Positions 56,829 through 64,000 of a stretch of DNA of 64,000 nucleotides are shown here, piece by piece. Every line of letters begins with the position of its first letter. The stretch's first letter is position 1. The notes under the pieces were generated by a model, which saw only the letters and a list, made by a program, of their open reading frames with translations, made no database searches and was not told the DNA's origin. The DNA comes from an uncultured delta proteobacterium (GTDB taxonomy: Bacteria > Myxococcota_A > Polyangia > Fen-1088): contig CAWCMR010000008.1 in assembly GCA_963796685.1 (NCBI GenBank), forward strand, positions 1 through 64,000. The letters run 5' to 3'. Made by a program: the position numbers and the translations under genes.

Positions 56829-58457
56829 ATGAAGGCCACGACCGACCACGCCCCGCCCCACGAATCGACGGATTCGGACCATGCCGCTCATGCCGAGCAT
56901 GCCGAACCGTCCATCGAGGACCAGTACCGGCACTTTCTGCAACTGGCCTCCGAAGGGCTATGGCGCTTCGATCTGGGGACGCCGGTGGCCACCAACCTGC
57001 CCGTGCACGAGCAAGCCGAGACCATCGCGCGCGAGGCCCGGGTCGGTTTGTGCAACGACACCTTCGCCCGCCAGTTCGGCTGCGACAGGCCCGAGGCCAT
57101 GCAGGGCATCGCCTTCGGCGACCTTCTGTCGAGCTCGCGCGAGGAACAGCTTGGCTTCATCGTCGCGTTCATCATGTCCGGTTACCGACTCGACGACCTG
57201 CTGTTGGCCGAGCGTCGACGGGATGGAGGGGTGTTTCGCTCGCTCAACAACCTCTCGGGCGAGGTGGAGAACGGCCACCTGGTGCGCATCTGGGGCGTCA
57301 AACGCGACGTCACCGATCTGGTGATGGCGCAAGAGGCGCTGCAAGAGGCGAAGGATCACGCCGAGCGGCTCATCGAATTGGCCAGCATCATGGTCGTCGG
57401 CCTGGACTGCGATGGTCGCGTCCGTGCCTTCAACCGCACCGCCGAGAACATCACGGGCTATCTGCGCGCCGATATCGAGCAGCGAAACTGGTTCGAGATC
57501 ATGGCCCCGCCTCGTCACTTCCCCAAGGTTAGCGAGGAGTTTCAACGGTTGCTCGCCGGGGGTGAGCCCAGCACCTTCGAGTTGCCCATGCTCACCGCCA
57601 CCGGCGACGAGCGCTACATCGTCTGGCAAAACAACCCCATCGTGGAAGACGGCCGTATCGTGGGCACCATCTCCTTCGGTATGGACATCACCGCTCGTCG
57701 CCGCATGGAGGAGGCTTTGCGCACCCTCAACGAGCAGCTCGAGCTGCGCGTGGAAGAACGAACCGCCGAGCTGGGGGCCGCCAACCGCGAGCTCGAGAGT
57801 TTCGCCTATTCCGTCTCGCACGATCTGCGCGCCCCCCTGCGCGCCATCGACGGATTCACGCAAGCACTCGTCGAGGACTACGCCGACAAGCTCGACCAGC
57901 GCGCGGTCGACTATTGCGGCCGGGTCCGCAAGGCCGCCGGACGTATGGGGCGGCTCATCGACGACTTGCTCGTGCTTTCGCGCATCACCCGCGCCGAGAT
58001 GCGTTTCGAGGACGTGAACCTCTCGGCGCTGGCCACGGACATTCTGGCGCTCTTGCACGAGCGTGAGCCCGAACGTCGCGTGAGGACCCATGTGCAAGCG
58101 GGCCTACACGCGCGCGGCGACGTGGGACTTCTGCGCATTCTGCTCGAGAATCTTCTCGACAACGCGTGGAAATACACCAACAAGACCGAGTATGCCGATA
58201 TCGAGGTCGGCGCGCGTTGGGAGAACAACCGCCAAGTCTTCTACGTGCGCGACAATGGCGCCGGTTTCGACATGGCCTTCGCGGGCAAGCTTTTCGCGCC
58301 TTTTCAGCGCCTGCACTCGGAGAAGGACTACGCCGGCACCGGTATCGGGCTCGCGACCGTCCAACGCATCGTCGCCCGTCACGGCGGACGTGTGTCGGCC
58401 ACCGCCCAGGTCAATCAGGGCGCGGTCTTCGAGCTCGTCCTACCGTCACATCGCTGA
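56829..58457 (+). CDS. Cytoplasmic PAS-PAS histidine kinase
   Basis: Two PAS/PAC domains; FAYSVSHDLRAPLR, NLLDNAWKY, DNGAGF, GTGIGLA. Confidence 0.93.
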   Translation: MKATTDHAPPHESTDSDHAAHAEHAEPSIEDQYRHFLQLASEGLWRFDLGTPVATNLPVHEQAETIAREARVGLCNDTFARQFGCDRPEAMQGIAFGDLLSSSREEQLGFIVAFIMSGYRLDDLLLAERRRDGGVFRSLNNLSGEVENGHLVRIWGVKRDVTDLVMAQEALQEAKDHAERLIELASIMVVGLDCDGRVRAFNRTAENITGYLRADIEQRNWFEIMAPPRHFPKVSEEFQRLLAGGEPSTFELPMLTATGDERYIVWQNNPIVEDGRIVGTISFGMDITARRRMEEALRTLNEQLELRVEERTAELGAANRELESFAYSVSHDLRAPLRAIDGFTQALVEDYADKLDQRAVDYCGRVRKAAGRMGRLIDDLLVLSRITRAEMRFEDVNLSALATDILALLHEREPERRVRTHVQAGLHARGDVGLLRILLENLLDNAWKYTNKTEYADIEVGARWENNRQVFYVRDNGAGFDMAFAGKLFAPFQRLHSEKDYAGTGIGLATVQRIVARHGGRVSATAQVNQGAVFELVLPSHR

Positions 58458-58587
58458 CCGTCCGTCACCTCCTTGACGTTCCTTCACCGTCGGAAAAGCG
58501 ACACCCGCTGCTCCTGTCAGAAATGTGATTTTTCGTCATCGATCCTCTCAAGAAGGGATCCTTGCCGCCGATGGTTGTACTCGACAA

Positions 58588-60678
58588 ATGGCGGCTGCAG
58601 ACCTTATCCAAAGCAAAGGCTCGACGATGTGCCTGTCTTCGCAAGGCGGTAAGGCGACGCCGCCCGCGGACACGCTGCTCGGTCAGACGCTCGGCTCGTT
58701 CCGCGTGATCTCGCTGCTTGGCGAAGGCGGCATGGGCCGCGTGTACCTCGCCGAGCACGTCCTCATCGGCCGGCGCGCCGCCATCAAGGTCCTCGCCGCC
58801 GAGATCGCCGACAACGAGGATTTCGTCTCGCGCTTCTTCACCGAGGCGCGCGCCGTGAACGACATCCGTCATCCCAACATCGTCGAGGTCACCGATTTCG
58901 GGACCTTCGGGAAGCTGCCCTACATCGTGATGGAGCTGCTCGACGGAGAAACGCTGGAACAACGTCTCGCCCGCGTGCGCATGCTCGACGCCGCGTCCGC
59001 GGCTCGCGTGGTGGCCCAGGTCGCCGCTGCGGTGGGCGCGGGCCACGACCATGGCATGGTCCATCGCGACCTCAAACCGGCCAACATCTTCCTGCGCAAC
59101 CACCCCGACTACCCCGACTTCGTCAAGGTTCTGGATTTCGGCATCGCCAAGCTCGTGGCGCACGATCGCAACGTCCAGCACCACACGGAGATGGGCGCGC
59201 TCATCGGCACGCCCGCCTATATGTCCCCCGAACAGTGCCTCGGCGACACCCATCTCGATCACCGCAGCGACATCTACTCGCTGGGCGTGGTGCTGTACCA
59301 GATGACCACCGGTCGCTTGCCCTTCACCGCCGAGACCGCCGGCCGGCTCATCATGAGCCACGTGCAGGAGACGCCGCCACCCCCTCAAAGCATCCATCCC
59401 GCCATCTCGGCGGCCATGAGCGCCATCATCCTGCGCGCAATGGCCAAGAAGCCAGACCAGCGCTTCGCATCCATGCGCGAGCTCCGCGACGCCATTCTGG
59501 TGTCCACACCCGGCCTGGGCAACGGCCCCCGGTCCGGCTACGAAGGGTATGCCCAGGCGCTGACGCCGCCCCCGGTGGTGACCATGCCTCCGAGCGCGTC
59601 CACCATGCTGTCGACAGCCCCCACGACCTACAGCCCCACGCCCACGCCTTGCATCCAACCCGCGGCGGTGCCCGCCAGAATCGCCACCGCCGTTCCACGG
59701 CCACTGCCGAGCAGCCCGTCCGTTTCCGCCACGTCCTCGCAGGGCATCTTCGCCCACACGCCCTCGCCGCTCGGCACCGACAAGAACACCCTGGTTGACG
59801 GGCTGGTGGAGGCGGTCAAGTCACGCACAGAGCCCGATGGCGATCTGGAATTGCCCCTGGTGCCGCGGCCCATTCTGCGCTGCCTGGATCTGCTCGGCTC
59901 CCCCGACTTTTCGTTCGGCAGCATGGCGGCCCTGGTCAACACGGACGCCCGCGTGGCCAACCAGCTCGTTCAAGTCTCCAACACCAGCGGTCCCACGCGT
60001 ACTCTCGCCCGCTCGACCGAGCAAGCCATTGCGCGCATGGGTGCCGAAGGCGTACGCACCGGTCTTCTGGAGATCGCCCTGCGCCCGCTGCTAGAAACCG
60101 CGACGATTCGTTTGCAGGCGGTGTGCAAGCAACCTTGGCAGCACGCGCTGGCGGTGGCCACGATCGCGCAGCGCCTGGTGCACGCCCACGGCGGAAGCGA
60201 ACGTCTTGTCCTCGATGCCTACCGCGGAGGCCTCTTTCACGACGCCGGCAAGCCCGTGACCGCAAACCTGCTCTTCGACATCGAGAGGGTCATGACCAAC
60301 GCCAAGGGGCGCAAGATCATCAGCGATGACATGCTGACCACGTGCCTGGACCGTAGCCAGGCCCGCGCCGGCGCCAGGCTCGCCCGCGCCTGGGGTCTCT
60401 CGCCCGAGGTCGCCGCCGCCATCGAGGAAGCTGCCCAGCCGCCGACCGAGTCTTCCTTCCCGGAACCTTCCCGGCCTTCTTCGACCCAGCTCAGCCTGAG
60501 CGCGGTCATCCGGCTGGCCAACGCCCTGTCCTACAAGGCCGGCTTTCATACCCGCCGCGACGAGCTCGACCGCTCGCGCCTGCTCATCGACGATGCCCGG
60601 CGCTGGGCCGGCTTCGACGAGGAGACCTGTCACCGTGTGCTCGAGGGGATCAAAGATGCCATCTCCCGCCGCCTCTAG
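58588..60678 (+). CDS. Ser/Thr kinase fused to an HDOD domain
   Basis: GEGGMG, AAIK, HRDLKPAN, DFG, GTPAYMSPE; LELPLVP...WQHALAVA...GLFHDAGK...GARLARAWGL. Confidence 0.88.
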   Translation: MAAADLIQSKGSTMCLSSQGGKATPPADTLLGQTLGSFRVISLLGEGGMGRVYLAEHVLIGRRAAIKVLAAEIADNEDFVSRFFTEARAVNDIRHPNIVEVTDFGTFGKLPYIVMELLDGETLEQRLARVRMLDAASAARVVAQVAAAVGAGHDHGMVHRDLKPANIFLRNHPDYPDFVKVLDFGIAKLVAHDRNVQHHTEMGALIGTPAYMSPEQCLGDTHLDHRSDIYSLGVVLYQMTTGRLPFTAETAGRLIMSHVQETPPPPQSIHPAISAAMSAIILRAMAKKPDQRFASMRELRDAILVSTPGLGNGPRSGYEGYAQALTPPPVVTMPPSASTMLSTAPTTYSPTPTPCIQPAAVPARIATAVPRPLPSSPSVSATSSQGIFAHTPSPLGTDKNTLVDGLVEAVKSRTEPDGDLELPLVPRPILRCLDLLGSPDFSFGSMAALVNTDARVANQLVQVSNTSGPTRTLARSTEQAIARMGAEGVRTGLLEIALRPLLETATIRLQAVCKQPWQHALAVATIAQRLVHAHGGSERLVLDAYRGGLFHDAGKPVTANLLFDIERVMTNAKGRKIISDDMLTTCLDRSQARAGARLARAWGLSPEVAAAIEEAAQPPTESSFPEPSRPSSTQLSLSAVIRLANALSYKAGFHTRRDELDRSRLLIDDARRWAGFDEETCHRVLEGIKDAISRRL

Positions 60679-60726
60679 AAATCCATTGGCTCCACGTCCA
60701 CGCGACAACTGCACCGGCCAACGGCC

Positions 60727-60742
60727 CGGGACACCGCTTGCC
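60727..60742 (+). promoter_or_regulatory. Candidate sigma54 -24/-12 promoter upstream of the enhancer-binding protein gene
   Basis: CGGGACACCGCTTGC: GG-N10-GC with TTGC. Confidence 0.4.
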
Positions 60743-60891
60743 CCCCCGCGCCGGCTCCTTAGCCTGCTGCTCCGGCTCGCGCATGGGCTCGGCGCGGAGG
60801 GATACGCCCCCGTGCCGGTGCGCGTGTACTACAAGTTCGACTCCGGCTGCTGGCGCAGCCGGAACACCCAACAACTGCGTAAGGTGTATCG

Positions 60892-62134
60892 ATGCAGATA
60901 ACCGCGCTCAAACCGCAGCCCACCATGTTGCCCAAGACCATCGCCAACGAGGATGGAATCGTTTGCGCCCCGGAATCACCGGTGGTGGACGTGATCCGCG
61001 CCTGTGCGCGCATCGCCAACAGCGACGCCACCGTCCTGCTCACGGGCGAGACCGGCACGGGCAAAGAGGTGTTCGCGCGCATGGTGCACACGCACAGCGT
61101 ACGCTCGAAGCGCCCCTTCGTGCCCGTGAACTGTGCCGCCATTCCCGATGCCCTCTTGGAAAGCGAGCTGTTCGGCTACGTGCGCGGCGCCTTTACCGGC
61201 GCGGTGGCTTCCCGTCGCGGTCGCGTGGCCATGGCCGAAGGTGGCACCCTTTTTCTCGACGAGGTCGGCGACCTGCCCCTGCCTTTGCAGGTCAAACTGC
61301 TGCGTCTCTTGCAGAACCATTCCTACGAGCCTGTAGGCAGCTCGGAATCGGTGACCGGCGATTTTCGCCTGGTGGCCGCCACCAATCGCGATCTCGGCGA
61401 GGACGTGCGCTCCGGCCGTTTTCGGCGCGATCTCTACTACCGCTTGCATGTTTGCCCGCTGGTGCTGCCGCCCTTGCGTGAACGCCGCAGCGATATCGCT
61501 CCGCTGTTCTTCCATTTCTGGCACAAGCACGGTGAGACCCGCGCCGTGGCCCCCGCGGTGCTGCGCCAACTGGAGAACTACGCTTGGCCCGGCAACGTGC
61601 GCGAGCTGGAGAATCTTGCCGAACGGCTTTCGGTCTGCGCCGAGAAGCTCCACCATCATCCTTTCCGACCTGCCAGCCTCGTTCATCGACGTGGAGACGC
61701 GGCACCAGGATTTCCGATCGGGCATGGTGACCAGCGCGGAGATTGTCGAGAGCGCTGGCGCGCTCATCGACATCGCCGAGGCGGCCACCCGCGTGGAAAC
61801 CGGCGAGATTGCCCTCAATCCGCTTTCGCCGCTGTCCGACGACGATTCCACCGCCATTCCCGCAACGCCCGTTCCCAGCTCGGACGAGATCACCGCGCCG
61901 GTGTCGATGGCACCTCTTCCATTGCCCTTGCCTACCCTGAGGCTGCCGGTGGATCTGCCGCGCCTCCTGCGCGAGACCGAAGAAGCCTACATCCGGTTGG
62001 CCCTCGACCAAACCGGTGGCAACAAGAAGGAAGCAGCGCACCTGCTCGGCATGGGCCGCACCACGCTGGTCGAAAAGCTGCGCCGCAAAGCCGCCGTCGC
62101 CGACGCCGTCGAGAAGTCCGCGGAAGAGCTCTGA
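60892..62134 (+). CDS. sigma54-dependent enhancer-binding protein, FleQ/FlrA-like C-terminus, no N-terminal sensory domain (apparent frameshift near 61645)
   Basis: GETGTGKE, GAFTGA, FLDE, RRDLYYRL, WPGNVRELEN; Fis HTH GNKKEAAHLLGMGRTTLVEKLRRK. Confidence 0.9.
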
Positions 62135-62181
62135 CCGTCGCGCTTCGCGTATCGATCCGCTCGGCGAGCGCCCGAAGTCGT

Positions 62182-62561
62182 CCAACACAGAGGACACAGA
62201 GAACGCAGAGGTACGGAAGAACAAGGGATTCGCCGTCGTGGACGTCCCCGTGGCCGTACGCGTCCTCGCCGTCGTGGCCGACGAAGATCGCTCCGGCCAC
62301 GGCCACGGCCACGACCAGGACCACGACCTCCAGCGCCTATCGCGGGATTACGGATTTAGAATCTGCAGAACCCCTCTTTCCGAGCTCTGTTGACCTGTCC
62401 ATGAATTGGACAGGTCAACAGAAGCCGAGCCAAAGGCTCGGCCGCAGGTGGGGTGAAGTCCGCGAATTCACTTCGCGGACGAGGGGCGGGCCGCGGCCCG
62501 CCCCTTTGAAATCTTCAAGACGGGTCCATTTATGGACACGTCTTGTGTCCTCCGTGTTTGG
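62182..62561. repeat. Composite palindromic intergenic element bounded by imperfect inverted repeats
   Basis: ccaacacagaggacacaga (62182-62200) vs cttgtgtcctccgtgtttgg (62542-62561); internal hexamer hairpin and a run of perfect hairpins. Confidence 0.65.
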
Positions 62562-62745
62562 TATCCGGAACCACGGCTCGCGCCACGGGGGTGACACGCC
62601 ACCTTGACGACAGGGGCCGCGCGACAAGGGCCTGACACGCGAGCCGACGTCGCGTTCCTGTCGACAGTCGTGCACGAGAAGCGAAAGGCCGCCAAGACTG
62701 GGGACTTTCTGCCGGGCAGGAATGGACTCACGCCTGACTTGCCGA

Positions 62746-62762
62746 TCGGCACGCCGGCTGCA
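62746..62762 (+). promoter_or_regulatory. sigma54 -24/-12 promoter
   Basis: TCGGCACGCCGGCTGCA matches TGGCACG-N4-TTGCW, directly before the GGGAGA RBS and ATG 62778. Confidence 0.7.
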
Positions 62763-62777
62763 TAGGGAGACAGCTAC

Positions 62778-64000
62778 ATGTTCCACCTCGCCGTCATCCT
62801 TCTCGCCCTCGGCACTCCACCGGAGAATGCAGAGCCGGAGCGCGTGACGACGGTGGCTGTGGTCGAACGCCTGCCTCTGGCCGCTCCCATCGCGCGTGTC
62901 GCGCTTTCGGTCGATTCGCTGGCCATGCGCATCGACCTGACCACCACCGCCGATCCGCGCGCCATCTACCAGCGCTTCGTGGCCAGCGATCCGCAGCTTT
63001 GCCCCTTCATCTCGCGCGCCGGCGACACCGTCGTGCTCGAGTGCCGAACCCCACGCATCGAGGCCAGGCTGGAAGCGAACGGCGGCAAGCCCGTGCTCGA
63101 GATTCGCGAAGTTCGCGGGTTGCCCCTCTCGGAAGATGGAGACCAGATCTGGTTCTTCTACCATCCCATCGCGCTCCGTTTCGGCAGCGGTTGTCCGGGC
63201 GACACTGCCCCCGCGCGCGGCGAGTGTCACTTCAAGGCTGGCCGCTTCACCGAGGCAGCCATCGAATTCCGCAAGGCCCTACCTGGGGAGTTTCGCCGTT
63301 TGGCCGCGCTCCGTCTCGGCGACATCGCGCTGCGCACCGGCGATCCCTCCACCGCGGCCGGCTGGTACCGCATGGCGGGCCGACACGGCAACTACGGCCG
63401 CATGGCCGTGGCGCGGCTGTGCGAGCTTGGCGGCGCCTGTCTCGGTGAAATGCGCAAGCGCGTGTTCGACGCCTCCTTGCTGCCCGAGCCCTTGCACGGC
63501 GAAATGCTTCTGCGTGCGGCCCGCGCCCATGCCTACATCGGCGCGGTCAAGGACTCCATGGTCAACCTGCTCGCCGCCATCCGGACCAATCCCCACATTT
63601 GCGACGAGGAAACCCGCGTCCTGTGCCGACGTCTGGTCCTGTTTGCCCTGAAATTCCCCGACACCGAGGGCGGCCTCGAGGCTCTCGAAAGCTATCTCAA
63701 TCTGCCACTGCGCACGGAAGGATTCCTCGCCATCGAGTTGGTTCGCGCGGCGGCCGAGAAGGCCCTCGATCTCGGCGCGCCGCTCTTTGCCGGCAACCTG
63801 CTCGCGGCCAGCGTGCCCTGGGTGGAGGGTGCGGACGTGGAAGCCATCAGCGATCACCTGCTGCGTTCGGCGGAGATGTACCTCATCGCCAAGGATCCGG
63901 CGCGTGCCCGCACGCTCTATGAATACGCGGACGGGCGCATCGGGCGAAAGCATCTCCTAGGACCGCGCTGGTCAGCCGTCATCGCCGCCGTCCAAGGCGT
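62778..64000 (+). CDS. Secreted Cys-containing TPR-like hypothetical protein (partial, open to window end; absent from the ORF track)
   Basis: Manual translation MFHLAVILLALG...LCPFI...LECRTPRIEARL...ARGECHFKAGRFTEAAIEFRKAL...LRLGDIAL...ARLCELGGAC; no stop seen. Confidence 0.75.
   Translation, partial: MFHLAVILLALGTPPENAEPERVTTVAVVERLPLAAPIARVALSVDSLAMRIDLTTTADPRAIYQRFVASDPQLCPFISRAGDTVVLECRTPRIEARLEANGGKPVLEIREVRGLPLSEDGDQIWFFYHPIALRFGSGCPGDTAPARGECHFKAGRFTEAAIEFRKALPGEFRRLAALRLGDIALRTGDPSTAAGWYRMAGRHGNYGRMAVARLCELGGACLGEMRKRVFDASLLPEPLHGEMLLRAARAHAYIGAVKDSMVNLLAAIRTNPHICDEETRVLCRRLVLFALKFPDTEGGLEALESYLNLPLRTEGFLAIELVRAAAEKALDLGAPLFAGNLLAASVPWVEGADVEAISDHLLRSAEMYLIAKDPARARTLYEYADGRIGRKHLLGPRWSAVIAAVQG

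Overview
High-GC bacterial window, most consistent with a myxobacterium (Myxococcota/Polyangia-like; inferred from MYXO-CTERM-like signals, many Ser/Thr kinases and PEGA proteins). Positions 1-22.4 kb (minus strand) hold the core translation/transcription supercluster: tRNA Thr-Tyr-Gly-Thr, tuf, rpmG, tRNA-Trp, secE, nusG, rplKAJL, rpoBC, rpsL-rpsG-fusA-tuf and the start of the S10 operon. rplC is missing from its usual place, and the EF-G is divergent. Single-base frameshifts in many essential genes indicate uncorrected long-read indels, not pseudogenes. Positions 22.4-64 kb mix housekeeping genes (hpt, tsaE, topB, apaG, trmL, RsuA-like) with dense signalling. Best leads: (1) an ECF sigma / membrane anti-sigma / secreted outer-membrane caspase operon in which protease and anti-sigma share an I-x-L-K-G motif; (2) an adjacent pseudo-histidine kinase (His->Asp) and pseudo-receiver (Asp->His), i.e. 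reciprocally swapped phospho-residues; (3) two paralogous PEGA pseudokinases flanking a tandem kinase and a PLD-family gene; (4) an FN3 protein with an internal MYXO-CTERM-like anchor plus a second signal peptide fused to a beta-barrel; (5) orphan binding lipoproteins + TonB receptor + GH43 + YfiR; (6) several structured non-coding elements. Family assignments come from motif recognition by eye; no database searches were run.
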